A stretch of DNA of 64,000 nucleotides. Origin: Octopus sinensis. Taxonomy: Eukaryota. Positions within the stretch are counted from its first letter, which is position 1. The number at the start of each line of letters is the position of its first letter. This document shows positions 51,797 to 63,212 of the stretch, one piece after another. The notes under the pieces are model-generated. The model was not told where the DNA came from and did no database searches. It saw only the letters and a list, made by a program, of their open reading frames with translations. Location: contig NC_043020.1 of the NCBI RefSeq assembly GCF_006345805.1, positions 28,272,001 to 28,336,000 on the forward strand. Reading direction: 5' to 3'. The position numbers and the translations under genes are program-made.

Positions 51797-52090
51797 AGGC
51801 ATGGCTGTGCGCTAAGATCTTTGCTTCCTAACTATAAGGTTCCGGGTTCAGTCCCACTCCATGGCAACTTGGTTTAGGCGGTGAGCTGGCAGAAACGTTA
51901 GCATGCCAGGTGAAATGCATAGCCATATTCTGTTTGCTGTTACGTTCCGGGTTCAAATTCTGCCAAGGTTGACTTTACCTTTCGGGGTCGATAAATTAAG
52001 TACCAGTTACACACTGGAGTCAATGTAATCGACTTAATCCCTTTGTTTGTCCCCTCTGTGTTTAGCCCCTTGTGGGTAATAAAGAAACAA
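51797..52090 (+). mobile_element. SINE A head (51797-51872) truncated by SINE B (51875-52090)
   Basis: ggcatggctgtgcgctaag...ttccgggttcagtcccact directly followed by aggcggtgagctggcagaaacgttagc. Confidence 0.8.
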
Positions 52091-52911
52091 ATGTTAAGAT
52101 CCAATGCATTTCTACGGGGCAGCTCAACAAAAGATCATCTTTCCTTCTTTGTACATATAAAATGGCAAGCAGCAAAGTGAAACAAACTAAAAGGAAGTTC
52201 AAAAGATAATCAAATAAGTGTTACTAATCAGCAATAATCGGCATTAAGTGCTAAAAGTCGGTATTAATTGGTTATGAAATAAATTTGAAAGGTACCATGA
52301 TTAGATTTGTTGTGCAATGCTGACATCAGGTACAGTGGTGGTTAGTAAATAAAATTAGAGGGGTGGGGAGTGCTTCAGAAAATTTTTAGCCGTTGTTTTA
52401 ATATTGTGTAAAAGGAAACAAACAAACATACAAAAAGAAAGTTTATACATAAACTTGATTGGTTCTCGTTTTAGCTACTGCCAGGTAGTGTGTTTAATTT
52501 GTTCGCTGAACACCGCTGCAAATTCTTCCTTGTTTTTCAAAAAATCGCCCCTAAATTACAAAAGTTGGTGGGATCTGCCCTATTTTTCAAATCCTGGCAG
52601 TAACACTGAAGCTGGAAGCAGGATAATAATCTAATTCTACATTTTATCACATTCAAGAATATAAACACGTTTTTAAGCACAAGACATGCTGAGTGAAAAA
52701 GAAAGACTACCTTTCACCAGCACACTGGGGTCGGCACTGTGTGAACCACAGTGCTCTCTCTCTCCCTACCTAATTCAAACCTCCTTCATTGGAATTTCAA
52801 CATTAACAACAGGGTATTTTTGTTCGCATGTATGTATGTGCAGATTTGTATGCATTCTCATGCATATAGTTGCACATCTAGACATGCTCATATATATTTA
52901 AATGATAAAAA

Positions 52912-53128
52912 AGGCAGCGAACTGGCAGAAATGCTAGTGCACTGGGCGAAATGCTTAGCGGTATTTCATCTGCTGTTATATTCTGAGTTCAAATTCCACC
53001 GAGGTCGAATTTGCCTTTCATCCTTTTGGGGTCGATAAATTAAGTACCAGTTTCACACTGGGGTCGATATAATCGACTTAACCCCTTTGTCTGTCCTTGT
53101 TTAGCCCCTTGTGGGTAATAAAGAAATA
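52912..53128 (+). mobile_element. SINE family B with 16-bp TSD
   Basis: atatttaaatgataaa at ~52894-52909 and 53131-53146. Confidence 0.88.
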
Positions 53129-53529
53129 ATATATTTAAATGATAAACTTCTGGAAAGTTTTACTGTTCCAGTAATGAATTGAATCTGTAGTCTTCGAATT
53201 AGCTTTCTCCTTTCTGGATTTGAGAAGCCCAATCATATGTATGTATGAATGTATTTATGTACATATGATATGATATATGTATGTTTGTATGAATGTATGT
53301 GCGAGTTTGATCATGTTTGTATCTGTGTATATGCAAGGTTTGTGTAAGCTTGGCGCATTCTTGTTTTATATATGAACAGGTACCATTCTTCTATTTACGC
53401 TCAGCAAGTTGGTGAAGGAGAGTTACACTGATCGTACGACCCTCAATGACCTTAGCAAGCGAAAAAAGCCCTCACATGGGGGTGGGGCTCTAATATCACT
53501 GTCAGGCTAAATACACACAGATATGACTT

Positions 53530-53584
53530 CCTATATATATATATTTATACACACACATTCACACACCCACATACATTCATATAC

Positions 53585-53641
<57 letters not shown>

Positions 53642-53750
53642 CATATATATATATATACGTATATATGAATGTGTATGCATATATATGTATATGTATGTAT
53701 ACATATACATACACACGCACACACACACATTCATACATACATATATATAC
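53530..53750. repeat. (TA)n-rich compound microsatellite
   Basis: Direct reading. Confidence 0.9.
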
Positions 53751-54137
53751 AGATGTAACTTTAGCAACATATGAGAGAGTGACAGACAGAGTAGAGCATA
53801 TACATATACGTGCACAGACACACACACATCTATCAATATCTACATACAAGAGAGAGGGAGAGAGATAGAAAATGGGACAGGGGTGGAGGAAGAAAGAGGA
53901 GAGGAAATATTTTGCTGAATAGAGAGAGAGAGAGAGGTTGTGTGTATTAAGGCGTCAGGAATGCCGTTTCTGAATTAATGGAATGAGTTAATTGCATACG
54001 CAAGAGTGTTTGGTGACTCACATCTGAATTTGGGTAAGTAGAAGTGGTAGACTAGTGCATACCAAAACATATATATATGTATATATATATGAATGTTTAT
54101 GTATCTCTGTGTGTATGTATGTATAAATGTGAGTGTA

Positions 54138-54180
<43 letters not shown>

Positions 54181-54720
54181 ATGGTTACAGCCACGTATAT
54201 ACATAGAAATTCTCTTCATTACCCCCAACGTTCCTAAATGTTGAACAATAAATATACTTGATTGATGCAGCTTTGTTGAACAAATGAGTTGGAGGGGGAG
54301 AGAGAGAGAGAGAGAGAAATACCTGCACACGCATTTCTTTAGTGCCGTTTCGATCATTGGATTGTGGCCATGCTGGGGTACTGCATTGAAAGGTTTTTTA
54401 GTCGGACGAGTCGATCCGAGATCTGATATTTTCAAGCCTGCCACTTATTCTGACGATCTTCTCATGCCAAACTGCCAAGTTACAAGGATGTCAACAATCT
54501 AACACCGGAGCTCAAGCGGTGGTGGGGAACAAGCACAATCACAAAGGTGAAGTCATATACAGTACACGTACTATACATATACATATATATATATACATAT
54601 ACACACACATATATATATAATAACAAAGGGTAAAATTAATTAATTAAGAAGTAATCAATAATTTCACCAAGTAGAATTTGGTATGAAAAAAGGACCATTT
54701 CACGGTTAAACTTAAGTAAT

Positions 54721-54912
54721 ACTTAATAATTAGGGTTCAGCAAAGATTTGCTTTACCACATACCGAAATTTAGAAATAGCAGCCAAAAAATCTTAGCTAT
54801 TTCTTCTACTTTAAAAAGGGACTCCCAGAGAAACCATTGTGATTTTGTGGCTGCTATTTCTAAATTTCGGTATGTGGTAAAGCAAATCTTTGCTGAACCC
54901 TAATTATTAAGT
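54721..54912. mobile_element. Palindromic element with 65-bp perfect inverted arms
   Basis: acttaataattagggttcagcaaagatttgctttaccacataccgaaatttagaaatagcagcca (54721-54785) and its exact reverse complement (54848-54912). Confidence 0.85.
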
Positions 54913-55184
54913 GTATATATATGTATATCAGCTAACTTTTCTCCAGAAGTTACTCAAAGACTTTGAATTACAAAAACTTTCTGGAAGTACATGAATGATA
55001 TAAGCACATCCCCACCACCGTATGTTTGCACACACCCGATGCCACTTGAAGAACTTCCTCTTGTATCTGTCAACGCCATCGTCGTTGTATACATTACATA
55101 TACAAACTCCACGGAAGCCTTGCATTTATTTATAAACAATGAGTAAGAACGTACAACACTTGTAGAAACTGAGAGAAAAAAGTA

Positions 55185-55572
55185 CTTAGCATGTGGTTCT
55201 GTGTTAAAAAGTTTGATTTTCAGCCACATGGTTCCGGGTTCAGTTCCACTTCATGGCACCTTGGGCAGGTGTCTTCTGCTACAGCTCTCGGTTGACCAAA
55301 GCCTTGTGAGTAAGTTCAGTAAACGGAAACTGAAAGAAGCCTGTTGTGTATGTATATATCTATGTGTGAGTGTCTTTGTATTTGTGTTTGACCACCACTT
55401 GACAATCGCTGTAGGTTTGTTTACGTCCCCTGGGCAGTTCAGCACAAGAGACTGATACAATGAAGGGTGAAACTTAAAAAATAATTACAAAGGTCAATTC
55501 ATTTGACTAAAGCCCTCGAAGGTGGTGCCCCAGCATGGTCAGAGTCCAATGAGTGAAACAAGTGACAGATAA
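55185..55572 (+). mobile_element. SINE family A, diverged
   Basis: ccacatggttccgggttcag...ggcaccttgggcaggtgtcttc...gagtgaaacaag. Confidence 0.8.
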
Positions 55573-55856
55573 AAGAGATGTATAACTCGAAATTAGAGCG
55601 CGTTCGTATGCAGACATTCGAAGAGAACACTTCTATCGCAAAAATACGCCCCCCCATAATTGCCATTAATATTCATTGCTTTACCAACAAGAATTAAGTT
55701 GTCTTACTGAACAATGGTATTCCATTGATGGTTAAGCGATAAGTTTACTTCCTGGACGTTTGTTATTTTGAACACAGCATACTTAGCAAGCAAATAGGAA
55801 TTTGTCAATAATATGTTGCACGAAAAGATGGTCTTTCAAAATTAACAACTTGTGCT

Positions 55857-56270
55857 TGTAACAGGATCTGTATCAATTCACTGAAAGGGTGTCGATCCGA
55901 TCCAGTCACATACAATTTAGTAAGACATAACAGACGAAGTCAGGTTATAGGTGAAAGACAGCAGTTTGTTTATTAATTGCGATGGCGTATGTGTATCTGA
56001 TGGGAGAACGACAGCCTCTGATGTACAGCTTCTTCTTGTTCGTTTGTTGAAGTGGTTCGATGTCGTTCGCGGCTAAGTCGGTGAGGTTATCAGAGTCCAT
56101 GAAATGCACGTCTGTTCGCGTCGGCTGTCTTGCCAGAGAGAGTGATTTGAGTTTAGCGGGCCTAAGGGATCGTTTCCCGCACATGCGCATGGGGAAGACT
56201 TCCGGTGGCCACCCGGAAGTAGTCCCATTCTGCGCATGCGCGCTGAAACCTACACAGTAGCATCACTACA
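55857..56270 (-). mobile_element. Solo LTR (Gypsy-like), 414 bp, 4-bp TSD TGCT
   Basis: TGTAAC...CACTACA termini, TGCT at 55853-55856 and 56271-56274, AATAAA on the minus strand near 55970, CpG-rich. Confidence 0.75.
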
Positions 56271-57287
56271 TGCTTATAGTTAAAAAGGTTATATTGGACA
56301 CGATGGCCCGATAGAATACAATATGAAGAAGTTGAAGGAATGGCCTTTCCTAAGCTATAGAGAACAATAATTCAGTTCAGACTTTGATATATTTCTTTGT
56401 ATTTCCTCATTTATTTATATTTTTACTTTACAGAGTTTAAGCGAATGAGGGAAAGTATGTTAGTATGTTAATGTGCTCTAAACTGGCTGCCCAAACAGAA
56501 AGAGAGGATGAAACTGTGTGAGGGGGAGGGTGATTGAGAAAGAGAAAGATGCATGATGAAAAACACCGGCTCTCTCCCCCTCCCTCCCTCCCTCTCTCTA
56601 ATTAATTTCAAAAAGTGGTTTCCGTTATATATTATGCATAGTAGTCTCAAAGCAAAAGCTTGTTGAGAATTTGAGGAGACTCGCTGATTGGCCATTTATA
56701 ACAAATGGAAAGAGTGAAGTTGTTTGGTTAAATCGGTTCGTCTTTTGGTACAAGTTTATATTTGGAATAAATTTGGCCAATGGGATAACTTTAGTAATTT
56801 CGACTGTAGCTATAAACTCATGGCCAGATCGAATGGAATATGCTGTCTTCCTAAGAGATAAACTATCTATCAGTCGATAGATAGATAGAAAGAGAGAGAG
56901 AGATTTGATCCTCCCTCAGGGTTCAAAAAAGTAGTAATAAAATTATGATCTGTTTGAAGTATTATCATCATGCCTTCTAAAACTGATGGAGATAAAAGAA
57001 TTGCATCTTATTCTAAGAAGGTAAACTTTTGTGATGCAATGCAAAAAGTGCATCCAAAGCTGCAGTTATTATTGAGTGACATTGAAAAGGTTCACTAGAA
57101 TATATATTCTTTTATTCTTTTACTTGCATCTTATTCTATGAAAGAAATATTACTGTTACTTTCGTCAGAGCCATTTTTGGTTATAACAAGCAGAGAACCG
57201 AAGGAATGGCTATTGTATGGGGAAGGGTGGGGAGAGAGAGAGAAGAAGATGGAAAGATGCAAGTAGAATGGAGAACATTCTTTTATT

Positions 57288-57830
57288 TGTTTACTTGTTT
57301 CAGTCATTTTGACAGCGGCCGTGCTGGAGCACTGCCCTTATAGTGGAACAATTTGATCCCAGGACTTTATTCTTTGTAAGCCTAGTACTTACTCTATCGG
57401 TCCCTTTTGCTGAACTGCTAAGTTACAGGCACATAAACACACCAACAAAGGTTGTCAAGCAATGGCAAGGGGACAAATACATGCACACAAACATACACAT
57501 ATTTACATATACAACAGGTTCCTTTCAGCTTGTGTCTACCAAATCCACTCACAAAGCTTTGGTCAGCCCGAGACTATAAAAGAAGACACATCCCAAGGTG
57601 CCACACAGTGGGTCTGAACCTAGAACCATGTGGTTGGGAAGCAAGCTTCTTACCACACAGCCATGCCTGCGACATTTCTTTTAGTTTCTGTCAACTAAAG
57701 CCATACTCAAAGCTTTGGTCGGCCTGGGGTCATAGCAGAAGACACTTGTCCAAGATACCATGCAGTGGGACTGAACCCAGAGCCATTTGGTTGGAAATCA
57801 AACTTCTTAACACAGAACCACATGCAAAGT
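57288..57830 (-). mobile_element. SINE family A plus a second 5' head in tandem
   Basis: Full copy 57288-57670, second head 57680-57830. Confidence 0.8.
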
Positions 57831-58135
57831 ACTTTTTTCTCTCAGTATCTACAAGTGTTGTATGTTCTTACTCTTTGTTTATATATATATATAGATGCAA
57901 GGCTTCTGTGGAATTTATATATATAATGTATACAATAACGATAACGCTGACAGATACAAGAGGAAGTTCTTTAAGTGGCACTGGGTGCGTGGAAACATAT
58001 ACAGAGTGGTGGTGGGGGATGTGCTTATATCATTCATGCACTTACAGAAAGTTTTTGTACTTCAAAGTAATTTCTTGGAAACATTCAGCCTTGAGCCTAC
58101 CATGCATTATGTAAAGGAAACCACTTTTCAGTATA

Positions 58136-58335
58136 TCGGAATTTTCCAGGAAATCCCTTTCCTCGGACTTTTCCAGGAAGTTCGCCTTTCCCTTCCTAGA
58201 AGTTTCTAGGAAGTCCCCTTCCTTAGACTTTCCCATGAAGTTCCTCTCCTCGGATTTTTCCAGGAAGTACACCCTCCCGTTCAAATCCCCATCCTTGGAA
58301 TTTTCCAGGAAGTATCCCCCCTTAGACTTTCCCAT
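58136..58335. repeat. Minisatellite, ~26-30-bp units centred on TTCCAGGAA
   Basis: ttccaggaa at 58144, 58171, 58258, 58303; ttctaggaa at 58204. Confidence 0.8.
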
Positions 58336-58384
58336 TTTATTCTCTTCTTAGACGTTACGTGTTCAAGGATATTCTTTTCTACTC

Positions 58385-58600
58385 TAGGCACAAGGCCTGA
58401 ATTTTTTTTTCTTTTTGGTGGTTGGGGAGGGCAGTCTATTAGAATTACCCCAGTATGCAACTGGTACTTAATTTATTGACCCCGAAAGGATGAAAGGCAA
58501 ATTCGACCTCGGCAGAATTTGAACTCAGGAGGTAGCAGCATACGAAATGCCGTTAAGCACTTCGCCCGGCGTGCTCACGTCTCTGTCAGCTCGCCACCTT
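58385..58600 (-). mobile_element. SINE family B variant
   Basis: gaccccgaaaggatgaaaggcaaattcgacctcggcagaatttgaactcag. Confidence 0.85.
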
Positions 58601-59084
58601 GTTACATGGTCAAGGATATCACAAGGTACATACTGTCCTCCCTCACGCCTCCACAACCCACCACCAGTATGTTCGGTGCAAAGCCAATGTCAACAGTGAT
58701 TGCATTTTTAAATATTTTAAACACACTCATCATTCAATCATCCTTCAGAGTGTATAATTATCATGTTCCGGCCAGACACTAATTAGATGTGTAATTAACA
58801 GAACGAAGCAGGTGGTAAATATCAAAGAATATACGAAGACGTGAGAATACGGATGACTGCTCTGAGATAGCAACGGAATGTGTAAGGGGAGGGGAGTGAT
58901 GAATAATCAGCGGTTCCTGTCTGTTATTACAACCATCTTGTTTCCTTGGGCCACCAGACTCAATACTCAATTAGTCCGATCTAAATCAAGTGAAGACCAA
59001 TTCTGTCAGACCGACGGAAACTTGTAAGTAATCATCATGAAATCCACCACAACCAGCTCAGAGTCGAGAATACACACTTAAGCC

Positions 59085-59250
59085 CTTCACTTCCTATGGA
59101 GCATAGGCCACCAGTGACATTTCTCCACTGTCCTCAATTCAAGGCTTTGCAACTTCCTTTCGGATTTTTCTGCACCATGTCATATGTTTTTCCGGAGAGA
59201 AGGCCTTCCTCTCCCAGGACATATAAGCCACCACACTGCAGCCTGAACTG
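59085..59250 (-). pseudogene. Highly degenerate RTE ORF C-terminus
   Basis: Minus strand ...KHMTWCRKIRKEVAK and WRNVTGGLCSIGSEG resemble the RTE C-terminal WRxxxxxLCxxxxE motif. Confidence 0.45.
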
Positions 59251-59489
59251 GACCTTGGGAAGGGTTCAAGGTCGAGTGATTGGTCACTGAATTGATTCCC
59301 TACGAAGGACAAATTTAAGGACACAACCTGTCGCATAATTAAAGGGCAAAACCTGTTTTGGATGGATAAGCTGCTTGAAAGTCAACAATACCGAGATCCT
59401 GAGGAGGAGATGGTAACCACCAAGACTGTCAAACCCAATGAAAACCTTGAATAGGCGTTCATGTGTCTTTCTGTGTTGATCCCTAGGAC

Positions 59490-59720
59490 TCACAGAGTCG
59501 GTCACCTGTTTTCCATAGCATATAAGTGACCAAGACCACAATAACCCCCTGCACGGGATGCCTGTCCATTTCAGGGTTGCTCGCTTGCAGCTGAGTGGAC
59601 TGGGGCAACAAGAAATGAAGAGTTTTGCTCAAGAACATAATGCACTGCTTTGTTCGGAAATGGAAACCACGGTCTAACGATCTTGAGTGCACACTCTAAC
59701 CGTTAGGTTATGTGCGTTCA
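59490..59720 (-). mobile_element. SINE family C-like, diverged
   Basis: cagctgagtggactggggcaac...gagttttgctcaagaaca. Confidence 0.6.
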
Positions 59721-60014
59721 CTAAATGGTAGTAAAATTCTACATCGGGCCCAGGTTTATGAAGAAAATCCAAAACTAGGAAAGGTGGAAAATATTGGAAA
59801 AAAATATTCCAAGTGCTGCAATGGCAGAAATGCTATGGAAACGACTTGGCCTGTCTAACGGTCAATAAGATAAACAAATTGAAAACACAACAGCACCTGG
59901 AAAACTGGTGACTGTATCTTTAGCCTGATGAACGGGGCTTACTCCTCACCCATTTCTATAATCCTACGAAGATGGGTTCCACAAGCTGACTTGCTCTACA
60001 TCGTTTGTATTACT

Positions 60015-60225
60015 TAAGGCAGCAACTTGCCAGAAGTGTTCGGGCATCGATAAAACGCTTTACAATATTTGTTCTGACCCTTTATATTTTGAGTTCAAAC
60101 CTCGCTGAGGTCAGTTTTTACCTTTCATCGTTTCGAGGTCAATTAAATAAAGTATCTATCAAATACTCTGATCAATGTAATCAACTAACCACAGCCGTCA
60201 AAACTGCTGGTCTTATGCATTAATT
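60015..60225 (+). mobile_element. SINE family B variant, diverged
   Basis: aaggcagcaacttgccagaag...ttttgagttcaaacctcgctgaggtcag. Confidence 0.6.
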
Positions 60226-60792
60226 AGAAACTATTATTTATTGGTTGAATTATTTAACCGAATTTAGGGCTGTGAATCGATGGAGTTGTTATAGCATCGA
60301 GAAAATTACTTTGCGATGTTCCTTCAGAATCTTTATTTTCTGAATTTAAATCACGCCAAAGTCAATTTTGCTTTTCACCTTTCTCGGATCGATGAAATAA
60401 AATAGTAATACTAGAATTGATTCATTTGACTGTATCTCACGTAGACATTTTATGGCTTTGCGCTTACGTACGACATAATTTTTTCACTGAATACGAAGTC
60501 AGGTCTCCTGATACTCAGACTGAATTTCTATAAGTTTATGTCTATAAGAAAGCAAAATGGGCAAGATATGGAAGCTCCGAAGAACTGCAGTTCCAGAGAG
60601 AAAATGGGTAAAATAGTATAGTTATGTTTTATCAAATATTTCAAAACTAAAAGATTTTTAAAATGTTTTCGTTACCCTTTCAATATTTCATGGCTGTTTA
60701 AGGCAATGAGCCGACAGAATTGTTAGCACGCCGGGCAAAATACTTCGCGGCATTTCGTTCTTTACAAAGATCCTGAACAAATATAGCACCAC

Positions 60793-60972
60793 AAGATGGT
60801 TAAGTCAACTGAGGGTCTTATGTGGCCTAACTTTCTTGACAGAGGAGGGTAAACAGTTCATCCAGTTCCCACACGCCTTTCTATTGCAGCAGAGGTCAAT
60901 AAAAGAGAAGTCCACTACTACCTCCATTTTGGCCTCTGGGTATTTCTAGGGGCGACTGTTTTCCACTCTGTC
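60793..60972. repeat. ~180-bp dispersed repeat, copy 1, lying inside a split SINE B (60698-61110)
   Basis: aagatggttaagtcaac...ccactctgtc also at 61702-61886. Confidence 0.8.
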
Positions 60973-61701
60973 AAATTCTGTCGCTATTTCTTTCCTCCTT
61001 TCGAGAGCTATAAAATAAGTACCAGTTGACCACTGGGGCCGATGTAATCGACTTATCCCCGCTGCCCTGAAATTTCTAGCCTTGTGCCACAATTTGAAAC
61101 CTATATTACACAACTTTTTTTGTTGTGGACAAGGGGAGCAATTAGTAAAGCCGTTAGAGTCTGGAGTAGAATGTGGTGCTATCTTTGTTCAGGATCTTTA
61201 CAATTCAAGTTCAAATCCCAAGGTTGATTTTGTCTTTCATTCTTTTGGAGTGGGTACAAAAACAAGACCCTGATGCAGCCCTCTCTCTCTCCTTCCCTCT
61301 AGCTATTGTACCCTGGATGTTCTGCTGAGTCAGTCTACTCTTAACTATAGAGGAACTTAAAAGAACCAGCGGAAATATTGTACGAGCTACAAAATTATAA
61401 TCAATCGAGGGAGGCAGCCGTGGTTTAGTTTAGAACGTAACTTATAGGTGGATGGAGGGAGCAACAGAGAGAGAGAGAGAGAGAACCGCTGATACAGAAC
61501 TACAAATCAACAATGAAACAACATTAGTTTGAATAATGGAACTAATTCGTCGCCGACATTAACATCAGGAGAATTGCAATGACAAATATAGATCATACAA
61601 ATGGAGAAAAACATTCTATTTGTATTCATTTTCCTGGTATAAGAGCGGTAATGAAATTGATAGTTCCTAAATTAGTGGAAAATTCCAGCTAAATGTAATT
61701 A

Positions 61702-61886
61702 AAAGATGGTTAAGTCAACAGAGGGTCCTATGTGGCCTAACTTTCTTGACATAGGAGGGTAAACAGTTCATCCAGTCCCCACACGTCTTTCTATTGCGGC
61801 AGAGGTCAATAAAAGAGAAGTACGCCCACCACTGCCTCCAATTTGGCCTCTGGGTATTTCTAGGGGAGACTACTCTCCACTCTGTC
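61702..61886. repeat. ~180-bp dispersed repeat, copy 2
   Basis: Closely similar to 60793-60972, same orientation. Confidence 0.8.
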
Positions 61887-61928
61887 GCAAGCATTTGGAT
61901 TATGCCTCCCAACCGAAGATAACTTGAT

Positions 61929-62157
61929 GCCTATTTCTTTACTACCCACAAGGGGCCACACACAGAGAGGACAGACAAACAGATTAAGTCGATTATATCG
62001 ATCCCCAGTGTGTAACTGGTACTTATTTAAGCGACCCCGAAAGGATGAAAGGCAAAGTCGACCTCGGCGGAATTTGAACTCAGAACGTAACGGCAGACGA
62101 AATAGGGCTACGCATTTCGACAGGCCTGGTAACGGTTCTGCCAGCTCGCCGCCTTAT
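61929..62157 (-). mobile_element. SINE family B, young full-length copy with 16-bp TSD
   Basis: ccgaagataacttgat at 61913-61928 and 62158-62173; CpGs retained. Confidence 0.92.
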
Positions 62158-62539
62158 CCGAAGATAACTTGATACCCTGATGCATTGCTGTTTCCTATTG
62201 CAGGAAACTCGTGAATAACGGCTTCTTCTCTTTACTCCGTCCTACAAGTAAGTCTTGGATGCCTTGCAAAGGTTATGGGCGTTGCCATTTCTCTTCTAGG
62301 CCGAAAAAATAAATACAAAACAACAACCACCATTGCCACCACTACCAAAATAGAATGACATTTCGTACTAAATGTTTGAATTTGCTATTTCCACTGTAAT
62401 ACGAAGGACACTAACCCCTCGTTTTTCTGTTGGTGGTTATGGAGGTACTTCTTGAGAACAGTGGTCCCGTTGCGCGTACTCGCGCATCTGCGCTAGCTAG
62501 TCATGACTAGTCGATCCTTTGTGTTTTTGTGTGTTGTTT

Positions 62540-62670
62540 ACTTTGTGATGGATTTGGTTGACGGAAACTGAAAGAGGCTTACAAGGAATAAGTCCTGCGA
62601 TCGATTTGCTCGACTAAAGGCGGTGCTCCAGCATGACCGCAGTCAAATGACTGAAACAAGTAAAAGAGAG
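62540..62670 (+). mobile_element. SINE family A with internal deletion
   Basis: ggatttggttgacggaaactgaaagaggc joined directly to ttacaaggaataagtcc. Confidence 0.75.
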
Positions 62671-62729
62671 TGGACGTATAGAGTAAACAACCGACGAAGG
62701 CAAACATTAAGGGCCGTTGGGCCAAGACA

Positions 62730-62808
62730 TGTTATATAAAATCATAATTAACGGATCCTCCTCTATTTTCTTTTCCCCAAAGCCAGGAACTTTTCAACAC
62801 CCCTTCAT
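62730..62808. mobile_element. Mariner MITE terminal fragment
   Basis: aaatcataattaacggatcctcc...aaagccaggaacttttcaacacccc, matching 21001 and 43325 in reverse. Confidence 0.65.
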
Positions 62809-62842
62809 ATATATGCACACACACACACATATATATATATAT

Positions 62843-63212
62843 TTTTTTTACTTGTTTCAGTCATTTGACTGCGGCCATGCTGGAGCACCGCCTTTAGTCG
62901 AGCAAATCGACCCCGGAACTTATTCTTTGTAAGCCCAGTATTTATTCTATCGGTCTCTTTTGCCGAACCGCTAAGTGTCGGGGACGTAAACACACCAGCA
63001 TCGGTTGTCAAGCAATGCTAGGGACACACACACATACACATATATATATATACGACAGGCTTCTTTCAGTTTCCGTCTACCAAATCCACTCACAAGGCAT
63101 TGGTCGGCCCGGGGCTATAGCAGAAGACACTTGCCCAAGATGCCACGCAGTGGGACTGAACCCGGAACCATGTGGTTGGTTAGCAAGCTACTTACCACAC
63201 AGCCACTCCTGC
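62843..63212 (-). mobile_element. SINE family A, young full-length copy
   Basis: Complete consensus with CpGs retained. Confidence 0.92.

Noticed and set aside
52459-52606. Short inverted repeat tactgccagg...cctggcagta, possible hAT MITE
   Set aside because: Only 10 bp of match and no TSD found.
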